From contig JASGHJ010000001.1 of assembly GCA_047602405.1 (NCBI GenBank), forward strand, positions 1,632,001 to 1,696,000: a stretch of DNA of 64,000 bases. Reading direction: 5' to 3'. How positions within the stretch are numbered: position 1 is the stretch's first letter; each line of letters starts with the position of its first letter. Under the pieces are notes generated by a model. It made no database searches and had not been told where the DNA came from. It saw only the letters and a list, made by a program, of their open reading frames with translations. This document shows, in pieces, positions 21,370 through 30,243 of the stretch. The translations under genes and the position numbers were made by a program. The stretch comes from Anaeromyxobacteraceae bacterium (GTDB taxonomy: Bacteria > Myxococcota > Myxococcia > Myxococcales > Anaeromyxobacteraceae).

Positions 21370-23567
21370 GCGCCGCCCTCGAGCTCGTCCCGCCGCTCGC
21401 CCCGGCCCGCCCGCTCGTCGTGGCGGTCGCCGGCAACCCGAACTCGGGCAAGTCCACCCTCATCAACGCCATCGCCGGCACGCGCCTGCACGTGGGCAAC
21501 TGGCCGGGCGTGACGGTCGTGAAGAAGGAGGCCTCGTTCGAGCACGCCGGCCGGCCGATCCGGCTCGTGGACCTCCCCGGCACCTACTCGCTCTCGCCAC
21601 ACTCGCAGGAGGAGATCGTCGCCCGCGATCACCTCGCGCTCGAGCGGCCCGACGTCGTCGTCGACGTGGTGGACTCGACGAACCTCGAGCGGAACCTCTA
21701 CCTGACCGTCCAGCTCCTCGAGCTCGGGCTGCCGGTGGTGGTGGCGCTCAACATCCACGACGAGGCGGTCGCGAAGGGGCTCCGCATCGACGCCGCGGCG
21801 ATCTCGGCGAGGCTCGGCGTCCCGGTGGTGACCACCTCGGCGACGCGCAAGGAGGGGCTCTCCGCGCTGCTCGACGCCGCCCTCGCCGCGGCCGACGCGG
21901 GCGCCTCCGCGCGGGCGCCGCTCTCCTACGGCGCCGACCTCGACCGGGCCATCGCCCGCGTGGCCGGGGAGCTCGAGCGGCGGCCGGAGGTGGCCGGCCG
22001 GTTCCCGCTCCGCTGGCTCGCGACGAAGCTCGTGGAGGGCGACGCGCACGCGGCCGCCCAGGCGGGCGTGGAGGCCGAGGAGGTCGTGGCGGAGCCGCTG
22101 CGCCACCTGCGCTCCGCCCATGGCGACGTCGAGACGCTCCTCGCCGAGGCGCGCTACGGCCTCGCCGCCGGGCTCACCCGCGAGGTGCTGACCCGCCCCG
22201 AGGCGAGCCGGGTCGAGCTCACCGAGCGGATCGACCGGATCGTCCTCGACCGCTTCCTGGGCATCCCGATCTTCTTCCTCGCGATGTGGCTCGTGTTCAA
22301 GCTGACGTTCGACCTGTCGTCCCCCTTCGGCGACTGGATCGACGGCATCGCGAACGGCCCCGCGAAGCGCTGGGCCGCGGCCGGCCTCGCGGCGCTCGCC
22401 GCGCCGGACTGGACGGTCTCCCTCGTCAACGACGGCATCATCTCCGGCGTGGGCTTCGTGCTCGTGTTCGTGCCGGTGATCCTCGCGATGATGTTCTTCA
22501 TCACGCTCCTCGAGGCCTCGGGGTACATGGCCCGGGCCGCGTTCGTGATGGACCGGGCGATGCACGCCATCGGGCTGCACGGGAAGTCGTTCATCCCGAT
22601 GGTGCTCGGCTTCGGCTGCAACGTGCCCGGCGTGTACGCGACCCGGATGCTCGAGAGCCACCGCGACCGGGTGCTCACGTCGTTGCTCGTCCCGTTCATG
22701 TCCTGCGGCGCGCGGCTGCCGGTGTACGTGCCTCTTCGCCGGGGTGTTCTTCGCGGGGCGGGCCGGCACCGTGGTCTGGTCGCTCTACGTGCTCGGCATC
22801 GCGCTCGCGATCCTGACCGGCCTCGTCTTCAAGAAGACGCTGTTCCGCGGCGAGGCGCCGGTCTTCATCATGGAGCTGCCGCCGTACCGACTGCCCTCGC
22901 TCTCGTCCCTGCTCCTCCACACCTGGGAGAAGGGGAAGCACTTCGTCTACAAGGCCGGCACCTACATCCTCGCGGTGTCGGTGGTGGTCTGGTTCCTGCT
23001 CAACCTGCCCTGGGGCGTCGAGCACAAGCGCGACTCGTACCTCGGCAAGGCGGGGGCCGTCGTGGCGCCCGCGCTCGCGCCCGCGGGCTTCGGCACCTGG
23101 GAGGCGGGCGCGGCGCTCATCACCGGCATCATCGCGAAGGAGATCGTCGTCGGCACGATGGCGAGATCTACGCGGAGGGCGCGAAGGGGGAGGCGTCGGC
23201 CGTCGAGGCGCCGACCGTCGCCGCCGAGCTCCGCGGCATCGGGGTGGGCTTCCTCGCGGCGAGCCGGGACGCGGCGCTGAACGTCGCGTCCAACCTCGGG
23301 GTGGCCTCGCTCTCGATCCAGGAGGAGGCCGGCGAGGAGACGCCGCTCCAGGCCGCGCTCCGCCGGAGCTTCACGCCGCTCACCGCGGTCGCGTTCATGG
23401 TGTTCGTGCTGCTCTACATGCCCTGCGTGGTGGTCGCGATCGCGATGCGCCAGGAGCTCGGCGGCTGGCGCTGGTCCGCCCTCGCCGTCGCCTGGCAGAC
23501 CGGGGTGGCCTGGCTGATCGCGACGGTGGTCTTCCAGGCCGGGCGCCTGTCCGGGATCGGGGGCTGA
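21366..23567 (+). CDS. feoB: Ferrous iron transporter B (two compensating frameshifts, near 22730 and 23160)
   Basis: GNPNSGKS, VGNWPGVTV, DLPGTYSL, GFGCNVP, MSCGARLPVY. The segment with FIMELPPY and AKEIVV lies in another frame; LYMPC near the end. Confidence 0.93.
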   Translation: MSAALELVPPLAPARPLVVAVAGNPNSGKSTLINAIAGTRLHVGNWPGVTVVKKEASFEHAGRPIRLVDLPGTYSLSPHSQEEIVARDHLALERPDVVVDVVDSTNLERNLYLTVQLLELGLPVVVALNIHDEAVAKGLRIDAAAISARLGVPVVTTSATRKEGLSALLDAALAAADAGASARAPLSYGADLDRAIARVAGELERRPEVAGRFPLRWLATKLVEGDAHAAAQAGVEAEEVVAEPLRHLRSAHGDVETLLAEARYGLAAGLTREVLTRPEASRVELTERIDRIVLDRFLGIPIFFLAMWLVFKLTFDLSSPFGDWIDGIANGPAKRWAAAGLAALAAPDWTVSLVNDGIISGVGFVLVFVPVILAMMFFITLLEASGYMARAAFVMDRAMHAIGLHGKSFIPMVLGFGCNVPGVYATRMLESHRDRVLTSLLVPFMSCGARLPVYVPLRRGVLRGAGRHRGLVALRARHRARDPDRPRLQEDAVPRRGAGLHHGAAAVPTALALVPAPPHLGEGEALRLQGRHLHPRGVGGGLVPAQPALGRRAQARLVPRQGGGRRGARARARGLRHLGGGRGAHHRHHREGDRRRHDGEIYAEGAKGEASAVEAPTVAAELRGIGVGFLAASRDAALNVASNLGVASLSIQEEAGEETPLQAALRRSFTPLTAVAFMVFVLLYMPCVVVAIAMRQELGGWRWSALAVAWQTGVAWLIATVVFQAGRLSGIGG

Positions 23568-23569
23568 CC

Positions 23570-23755
23570 GTGAGCCCGACCGATCTCCTCCTCGCGACCG
23601 CGATCCTGGGTGCCGCCCTCGCCGTGCTCGCGCGGTCCTTCAGGAAGCCGGGCGGCGGCTGCGCCGGCTGCCACGGGGCCTGCGCGACGCGCGGCGCCCC
23701 GCGGGACACCGTCCAGCTCGGCACACCGGGCCGTCCCACCCGCTGCGGCCCTTGA
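23570..23755 (+). CDS. FeoB-associated Cys-rich membrane protein
   Basis: TM helix followed by GGCAGCHGAC, directly after feoB. Confidence 0.75.
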   Translation: MSPTDLLLATAILGAALAVLARSFRKPGGGCAGCHGACATRGAPRDTVQLGTPGRPTRCGP

Positions 23756-23783
23756 TTCGTACACCACACCAGGAGGTCTCACC

Positions 23784-24279
23784 GTGATCAGCAAGACCAT
23801 GCAGGACGCGCTCAACGCGCAGATCAACCTCGAGCAGTACTCCGCGCAGCTCTACCTCGCGATGAGCGCGCACTGCGAGGGCAAGAGCTTCAAGGGCTTC
23901 GCCCACTGGCTCCGCGTGCAGGCCGGAGAGGAGACGGCCCACGCCATGAAGCTCGTGGGGTTCCTCCTGGACCGCGGCGGGCGCCTGGAGCTCGGCACCA
24001 TCGCCGCGCCGAGGACCGAGTACGGCGGCATGCTCCAGGTGTTCGAGGAGACGCTCGCGCACGAGAAGAGGCATCACCGGGAAGATCTCGGCGCTCTTCG
24101 CGCAGGCCCGCGAGGAGCGGGACTGGGCCGCCGAGATCGCGCTGCAGTGGTACGTGACCGAGCAGGTCGAGGAGGAGGCCACGGTCGGCCAGATCGTCGA
24201 TCACCTCCGCGCGGTCGGCGACCAGGGCGGCGGGATCTGGTACCTCGACTCGAGGATGGGGAAGCGCGGCGAGGCGTGA
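23784..24279 (+). CDS. ftnA: Non-haem ferritin (frameshift near 24070)
   Basis: ALNAQINLEQYSAQLYLAMS, EETAHAMK, and LQWYVTEQVEEE after the frame change; SD AGGAGG. Confidence 0.9.
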
Positions 24280-24312
24280 GCCGGTCCCCGCCTGCCCTCG
24301 CGGCGGGCGGGG

Positions 24313-24576
24313 TCAGCCGTGCTTCTTCTCGAGCTCCGCGACGAGCGCGACGTACGCCTTCCTCGCGTCCGCCGTCGCGGTGCCCTTGCGCGCGGTCCAG
24401 GCGTCGAACTTCGCGCGGCCCTTCGGGTCGAGCATGCCCGGGCGGCTGCCCGTGACGTCGCCCTCGGTGGCCTGCTTGTAGAGCCCGTACAGCGCGAGCA
24501 GCTCGTCGTTGGACGGCCGGCGCTTCAGCGTCTTGACCCGCTCCTGCGCGGCGGCGAACCCGTCGTCGTTGGCCAT
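24313..24576 (-). CDS. Acyl-CoA-binding protein
   Basis: LLALYGLYKQATEGD, GRAKFDAW. Confidence 0.93.
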   Translation of the reverse strand: MANDDGFAAAQERVKTLKRRPSNDELLALYGLYKQATEGDVTGSRPGMLDPKGRAKFDAWTARKGTATADARKAYVALVAELEKKHG

Positions 24577-24607
24577 GGCCCGAGGGTGAGGCCGACGGGC
24601 GCCCCGG

Positions 24608-24976
24608 TCAAGGCCGGGCGCGCCGCAGCAGCCACAGCGCGAGGAGGCCGACGCCGAGGTTCGCGACCATCCCCGCCGGGGAGGCGCGCCCGTACAGGAT
24701 CGCGCCGTTCACGAACCCGGCGAACACGTGGAGCACGACCGCCCCGAGCGCGAGCGGGAACATCGCCGGCTTGCCGCGCAGCGCGGCGAAGCCGGCCGCG
24801 AGCGCCGCCGCGCCCACCGCCACGAGGACGGCTCCGAGGAGGCGCGCGACGCCCTCGTCGGCCGCGGAGCCGACCGCGGCGGGGCCGCCGACGAGGAGCG
24901 CCACGCCACCCGCGCCGCGGGCGAGCCCGAGGACGATGAGCACGAGGGCGGCCGGCAGCGCGGGACGGGCGACCAT
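24608..24976 (-). CDS. Small 4-TM membrane protein
   Basis: Four hydrophobic segments. Confidence 0.6.
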   Translation of the reverse strand: MVARPALPAALVLIVLGLARGAGGVALLVGGPAAVGSAADEGVARLLGAVLVAVGAAALAAGFAALRGKPAMFPLALGAVVLHVFAGFVNGAILYGRASPAGMVANLGVGLLALWLLRRARP

Positions 24977-25003
24977 GGCGGGGCGGGAGTGTATCCTCGT
25001 GGC

Positions 25004-25360
25004 ATGGCGCTCGCGACGAAGCTCAACCTGAAGCCTGGCGTGAAGGTCCGCGTGGTGGGGAAGCCGCGCTCGGTCGACCTCGACGACGTCACCACCACGG
25101 CGGCCGCCGCCGCGCCGGCCGTGCTCGTCTTCGCGGCGACGAAGGCGGCGCTCGACGCGAAGGGCGCGCCGTTCGTGGCGGCCGCGCGCGAGGACCGCAT
25201 CGCCTGGGTGGCCTACCCGAAGGCGGGCCAGCTCGACACCGACCTCTCTCGCGACGTGGTCTGGAAGCACCTCGCCGGGAAGGGCATCCAGCCGGTGCGG
25301 CAGATCGCGATCGACGGCGTCTGGAGCGCGCTGCGGTTCAGGCCGGGGACGCGGGGCTGA
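25004..25360 (+). CDS. DUF3052-like hypothetical protein
   Basis: LATKLNLKPG, WVAYPK, DLSRD, VRQIAIDGVWSALRFR. Confidence 0.75.
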   Translation: MALATKLNLKPGVKVRVVGKPRSVDLDDVTTTAAAAAPAVLVFAATKAALDAKGAPFVAAAREDRIAWVAYPKAGQLDTDLSRDVVWKHLAGKGIQPVRQIAIDGVWSALRFRPGTRG

Positions 25361-25423
25361 GCGACGGGCGGCCGGTGCCGGCCGCCGGGCACGGCGGGCG
25401 CCCAGGCGTCTTGCGCGCTCGCA

Positions 25424-27268
25424 TCACACCCGCTCCGCGCGCGTTCGGCCGAACTGCCCGTCCTTCCAGACGACGCCGTTCACGCGGAACTCGACGGCCT
25501 CGGGGAAGATGCCGGTGATGGTGGCGTGGCCGCCGTGGACGACGACGTGGTGGTGGAAGGCGCAGAGCGGCATGCGGTTCCAGGCGTCCTCCGAGCCGCC
25601 GTGGCTGCGGAACTCGATGTGGTGGCCGTGGTCGCTGCGTCGGCTGCAGCCGGGGAAGCAGCAGCGCGGGTACTTCGCGCGCTGCTTCTGGGACACGGTC
25701 TTCGGCTCCATCACGTCGCCGCCCCAGACCGCGATGAAGTGGTCCGCGAGCTTCCCGAGGAAGGCGCCGTCCAGGGTGGCGGACTGCGGTCTTTCGGCCT
25801 CCTCCGGGGTCACGGGAAGCGCCAACGACGCCAGGAACGCCTGATGGAGCAGCAGGGCGACCCGGCGGGGGACCCATACGCGGAATCGCTTCGACGCAGA
25901 CATATGCGCGTCGGTCCGCGCCTGGACGGCCTCCTTGAGCTCGACCACCGTCAGGGTCTCGGCCCGCTTCGCGAATTCGAGGATCTGGTCCTGCGGGACC
26001 TCCTTCAGGAGGAGGAGCTTCGAGTAGCTGAGGCCCATCTCCTTCGCGACCTTGAGCTCGGGCTTCTCCCAGAGGTGCTTCTCGAGCGCGGCGCGGGTCT
26101 CGATGGTGCGGGCCGGGACGCCGAGCCGCTCGGTCGCGTAGTGACGGAAGTCGACGAAGCCGGCCTCCTTGTGGAGCCGGGCGCCCTTCACGACCGCCGA
26201 GCAGAAGCCGATGAGGTCCTCCCAGCTCTTGATCTCCAGGGAGAGGCCGAGCGCCGTGCCGTAGAGGTCGTCGTCGGTGGCAGCGTCGAGCGGGTCGAGC
26301 TCGACGGCCGGGACCGGGACGACGGGATCGAGGAACTCCCAGGAGGAGGTCTCCGACTCGAGCTTCGCCTCCGCGGCGTTCCGCTTCGTCGGGACGTCGA
26401 GCGGGTGCAACGTTCGATCGAGGGCGAGCTCCGCGCCCTTCACGTCCCACTCGTCCCCCGGGTGCTCGGAGAGGAACTCCTGCCCGAGCGCCTCGAGCTG
26501 GACGAACCGGTGCGGGCTCTCGACGAGCTCGCCGGCGAGGGCGAGGGCCTTGTGGAGCCGCTCGCTGGCCCGATCCGAGACCGGCACGTCGAGGTGCACC
26601 CAGGGCGCCTCGTCCTCCTCCCTCTTCTCCTCCGCCGCGTCGGGCCCCGGCAGCGCCTTCCGCTCCTTCAGCGCCCGCTTCACCTCCTGCTTGAGCCTGC
26701 GGACCGGCAGCTCGGCCGCGCGCTCGACCCAGCGCGCCTCGTCGTCCCCGGGCGTGACCGGCAGCACCGCGAGCGCCGCCGACGGGCTCACCGTGCCGGC
26801 GTGCACCGCGGCCCTGAGGAGCGGCCGCTCCCGCAGCGCCTTCGAGAGCTGGACCTCCACCTGCGCGGCGCGCCGGCGGGTGCCGAGGAGGTTCTCGGTG
26901 AAGTCGCCGAGGCTCGAGAAGCCCAGCCGGGCGAGCCGGTCACCCTCCGTGAACTTGGCGAGCACCGCGGCGCGGCTGACCTGCAGGGCCCGCAGCATGC
27001 GAGCGCCCTGGGCGAGAGCGCGTTCGTACTTCTCGAGGCCGCCGTCGCCGCGCAGCCAGAGCTCGCGCAGCTCGAACAGCGTGAAGGTCGGGAGATCCCA
27101 CCGCGGCGCGCGGAGATCCCAGCGGTCGCCGAGCGGGTCGCGGTGGGTGATGCTGCTCGCGGCCTGCGCGGAGACGGCGTCGTTCGAGGCAGCCGCCGGG
27201 GCGAGCTCCGGAGGTACGAGCTCCGGAGGCACTCCGCCGACGATTTCGCTGGCCGCGCACGCGTCCAT
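25424..27268 (-). CDS. Large HNH endonuclease with a long helical N-terminal region (DUF222-like architecture)
   Basis: C-terminal CCFPGC...HHIEFRSHGG......N...LC..HH...H; duplicated GF.....Y/F..E.LG module. Confidence 0.85.
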   Translation of the reverse strand: MDACAASEIVGGVPPELVPPELAPAAASNDAVSAQAASSITHRDPLGDRWDLRAPRWDLPTFTLFELRELWLRGDGGLEKYERALAQGARMLRALQVSRAAVLAKFTEGDRLARLGFSSLGDFTENLLGTRRRAAQVEVQLSKALRERPLLRAAVHAGTVSPSAALAVLPVTPGDDEARWVERAAELPVRRLKQEVKRALKERKALPGPDAAEEKREEDEAPWVHLDVPVSDRASERLHKALALAGELVESPHRFVQLEALGQEFLSEHPGDEWDVKGAELALDRTLHPLDVPTKRNAAEAKLESETSSWEFLDPVVPVPAVELDPLDAATDDDLYGTALGLSLEIKSWEDLIGFCSAVVKGARLHKEAGFVDFRHYATERLGVPARTIETRAALEKHLWEKPELKVAKEMGLSYSKLLLLKEVPQDQILEFAKRAETLTVVELKEAVQARTDAHMSASKRFRVWVPRRVALLLHQAFLASLALPVTPEEAERPQSATLDGAFLGKLADHFIAVWGGDVMEPKTVSQKQRAKYPRCCFPGCSRRSDHGHHIEFRSHGGSEDAWNRMPLCAFHHHVVVHGGHATITGIFPEAVEFRVNGVVWKDGQFGRTRAERV

Positions 27269-27275
27269 ACCCGCG

Positions 27276-27297
27276 ATCCTGCCACCCCGGTCTGACA
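27276..27297 (-). promoter_or_regulatory. PafBC/RecA-NDp-like promoter motif
   Basis: TGTCAG-N10-CAGGAT, 7 nt before the HNH ATG. Confidence 0.5.
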
Positions 27298-27354
27298 GTG
27301 AGATCGCAGGATCCGGCTGGGGCTCAGGGAGGATTCGAGCCCCCGGGCCCCTGT

Positions 27355-27402
27355 CCCTCGTCTCCGCCCCCGCTGCGCGGGGGCTACGCTCGGGACGGAC
27401 GG
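27355..27402 (+). repeat. REP-like repeat, copy 4
   Basis: CCCTCGTCTCC-GCCCCCGC/TGC/GCGGGGGC-TACGCTCGGGACGGACGG. Confidence 0.85.
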
Positions 27403-27500
27403 AGGGGGGAGCGGGACGGGCGGGGAGGAGAGGGACGGACGGGGGGAGAGGGACGGGCGGGGGGAGAGGGACGGACGGGGGGAGAAGGACGGGCGGGGAG
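27392..27500 (+). repeat. G-rich tandem repeat of about 18 bp (5-6 units)
   Basis: Units GGGACGG(A/G)CGGGGGGAGA; no T on the + strand. Confidence 0.8.
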
Positions 27501-27541
27501 CCTGGCCCGGGCGGCTTCCGGCGCGGCGCCCACAGGGGTCC

Positions 27542-29566
27542 CTACGGCGCGAACCCGACCGACGCCCACAGGCGGGCCGGGTCGTACGCCACGCCGGCCG
27601 CGACGACGAGCTCGAGCCTGCGCAGCGCGCGGATGTCGGCGAGCGGGTCGCCGTCCACGACGATGAGGTCGGCGCGCTTCCCGCGCGCGAGGGTTCCGAC
27701 CTCGCCGTCGAGCTTCATCGCGCGCGCCGGCACGAGCGTCGCGGCCTGGAGGGCCTCCATCGGGGTGAAGCCGAGCTCGACGAGGAGCTCGAGCTCGCGG
27801 AACTCGCTGAAGCCCGGCACCGCCTGGTCGGTGCCCACGACGACGGGAACGCCGGCCCGGTGCAGCGCCGCGACCACCGCCCGCGCCGCGGCGCGCACCT
27901 TGCCCGCGAGCGCCGCGCCCTCGGGCCGGACGCCGAGGTCGGCGTAGGCCGCGCCGATCGCCGCCGGCAGGCGGGCGAGCCCGGGCTCGTGCTGCACGAT
28001 CTCGTCGTGGGGCGCGCCGAAGAGCTCGCCCAGCGCGAGCGTCGGGTCGACGACCGGCTTCCTCGCCGCGAACTCCCGCGCGACCGCGCGCGCCGCCGGC
28101 GAGGCGAGGTCGAGCCCGTCGAGCGCGCGCCGCAGCTCCGACGGCGGAAGCTCCTTCGCGGGGTCGGTGCCCGGCGCGAGGAAAGGCCGGACCAGGAACT
28201 GGGAGTGGCTGATCATGTCCATGCCTGCCCGGAGCGCCGCAATCGTGCCGATGCCGCGCGGGACGTGGCCGGTCACGGTCATGCCCGCGGCGTGGGCCGC
28301 CTTCGCGAGCGGCGCGATGAGGCGCGGATCCAGGCTCGAGTAGATCTTCACCTGGCGGCAGCCCGCCTTCCTGAACCGGGCCACGAGCGCCGGGATCTCG
28401 TCCGCGGAGCGCAGCCGATCCTTGCCGAGCGCCGCCGCGCCCTCGCCGTCGACGATGCAGGCCATGAGGATGCGCGGCCCGACCCCCCGGCCCGAGGCGA
28501 CGGCGTCGCGGACCGAGGTGATGAAGTCGAGCTCGTTGCCGCAGTCGCGCACGGTGGTCACGCCGGCGGCGAGGTAGAGGGGTCCCCACTCGACCTGCTC
28601 GAAGTGGGCGTGCATGTCCAAGAGCCCGGGCAGGACCGTCTTGCCGGACACGTCGACGGTGCGGGCGCCGGCGGGGACGGGGACGCTGGCGCGCGGGCCG
28701 ACGTCGACGATGCGGTCGCCGTCCACGACCACCACCGCGTCCGGAACGGGCGGCGCGCCGCTGCCGTCGATGAGGCGGGCCCCCACGTAGGCGACTGTGC
28801 CGCCGCGTGCGCCGGCCGGGCGGAGCCCCGCGGCCGCCTCCTCGAGCGCGGCCATGCCGTCCGCTGCCGCGCGGGACACGAGCCCCGACAGCGCCTCGGA
28901 GAAGCCCCGCGCGGTCGCCTCGAAGTGATCGAACTCGGCGTCCACGCCCTTCAGCGCGGCCACGTTGCCGGCCTCGTCGAGCCAGACGGTCTCCCGTCCC
29001 CAGGTGAGCCCGCCGAGCGCGAGGCGGTGCAGCGTCCGTGGCTTGCCGTCGTCGTCGGTGACCACGTCGTCCCCGCGCCGCTCCACGGTGACCTCGCCGA
29101 TGGGGACGACCGGCAGGCGCGCCGGCTCGCCGTGGCTCGCCCAGTAGCGCAAGAGCGCCTCGGTGACCGCCACCGGGGCGTAGGCGGAGCCGACGAAGAA
29201 CGTCGCCGGCGCCGGGATCGTGCGGGTCTCGCCCCGCTGCGTGACGACGAGCTTGCCGCCCGCCACCTCCACCCGATCGTCGACGCGGGTGGGACGCGAG
29301 GTGGCGCCCCAGACCTGGAAGGACCGGGGCGCGCCGTCGCCGCCCACGCGCAGGACGGCGGCGAGCGGCACCGGCGTCGCGCGGTCGGTGAAGGCGAAGG
29401 CGCTCTTGATCTCCGCGCCATCGCCGTCGCGTGCGATCAGCACGTCCTCCCGGCCGACGCGGCTCTGCCACTTGTAGAGCGTGAAGCTCCTCCGCTCGGG
29501 AGGTGCCGCGTGCGCGGCGGCGGACGCGAGACCGCCGACGAGCAAGGCCAGCAGGCGAGGGCGCAT
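27542..29566 (-). CDS. Secreted amidohydrolase family protein
   Basis: Signal peptide; PGLLDMHAH, GVTTVRD, GTD, GKRADL, GDPLADI. Confidence 0.9.
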   Translation of the reverse strand: MRPRLLALLVGGLASAAAHAAPPERRSFTLYKWQSRVGREDVLIARDGDGAEIKSAFAFTDRATPVPLAAVLRVGGDGAPRSFQVWGATSRPTRVDDRVEVAGGKLVVTQRGETRTIPAPATFFVGSAYAPVAVTEALLRYWASHGEPARLPVVPIGEVTVERRGDDVVTDDDGKPRTLHRLALGGLTWGRETVWLDEAGNVAALKGVDAEFDHFEATARGFSEALSGLVSRAAADGMAALEEAAAGLRPAGARGGTVAYVGARLIDGSGAPPVPDAVVVVDGDRIVDVGPRASVPVPAGARTVDVSGKTVLPGLLDMHAHFEQVEWGPLYLAAGVTTVRDCGNELDFITSVRDAVASGRGVGPRILMACIVDGEGAAALGKDRLRSADEIPALVARFRKAGCRQVKIYSSLDPRLIAPLAKAAHAAGMTVTGHVPRGIGTIAALRAGMDMISHSQFLVRPFLAPGTDPAKELPPSELRRALDGLDLASPAARAVAREFAARKPVVDPTLALGELFGAPHDEIVQHEPGLARLPAAIGAAYADLGVRPEGAALAGKVRAAARAVVAALHRAGVPVVVGTDQAVPGFSEFRELELLVELGFTPMEALQAATLVPARAMKLDGEVGTLARGKRADLIVVDGDPLADIRALRRLELVVAAGVAYDPARLWASVGFAP

Positions 29567-29755
29567 GCCCGAGGCTAGCACTCATTGACGTACAGTGGAG
29601 CCGCTCGGATGGAGTCGCCCTGGCCGGGGGACACCCCGATGGCATTCTCCAGCCGCGCCGCCGGAAAGCGCTCGCTCACTCCCCGTCCAGGGAGGGCCGC
29701 CGGGAACACCACCGGGCGCGGCGGGTTCCGACCCTCGAGGCGAAAGGAGAACCCC

Positions 29756-30241
29756 ATGAACACCCAGACGACGAAGCAGCGCGTGATCCGGAGGCGGCTC
29801 GTGGGCGTGGCCGTCGCGTTCGCGGTCCTGGCGGCGGCTCCGGCCCGGGCGGCCGACGTCGGCGTGCGGGGCGGCATCTACTCGTTCGAGCACGGCCCCG
29901 ACAGGCCGTTCCTCGGCGCCGAGCTGCTGCTCCACGCCGGGGGCGGCTTCTACGTGAACCCCAACGCCGAGTTCGTCTTCGTGGACGGCAGGCGGTTCTT
30001 CACGCTCAACCTCGACGCCCACTACGACCTGCCGGTCCGCGGTCCGTACCTCTGGATCGGCGGAGGCCTCGCGGTCGAGGTCGCCGATCCGGACGGCCCG
30101 GCCGCGAGCTCGACGGAGGCCCACGCCAACGTCCTCGCCGGGATCGGCTTCCGCACCGGCGCCGTGGTGCCCTACGTCCAGCTGAAGCTCGTCACGGGCG
30201 CGCCCACCATCGTCGTGGCGGCGGCCGGGATCCGCTTCTGA
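29756..30241 (+). CDS. Small outer-membrane beta-barrel protein
   Basis: SD AAGGAG, signal peptide ARA, amphipathic strands, terminal GIRF. Confidence 0.75.
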   Translation: MNTQTTKQRVIRRRLVGVAVAFAVLAAAPARAADVGVRGGIYSFEHGPDRPFLGAELLLHAGGGFYVNPNAEFVFVDGRRFFTLNLDAHYDLPVRGPYLWIGGGLAVEVADPDGPAASSTEAHANVLAGIGFRTGAVVPYVQLKLVTGAPTIVVAAAGIRF

Positions 30242-30243
30242 GC

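Noticed and set aside
21366..24279. feoB, ferritin and panD as pseudogenes or programmed frameshifts
   Set aside because: Isolated indels with intact motifs and no recognisable slippery site or regulatory logic; most likely assembly errors.
25424..27268. HNH gene as an IS or IscB/Cas9-like element
   Set aside because: No RuvC motifs, terminal inverted repeats or target duplication were recognised.
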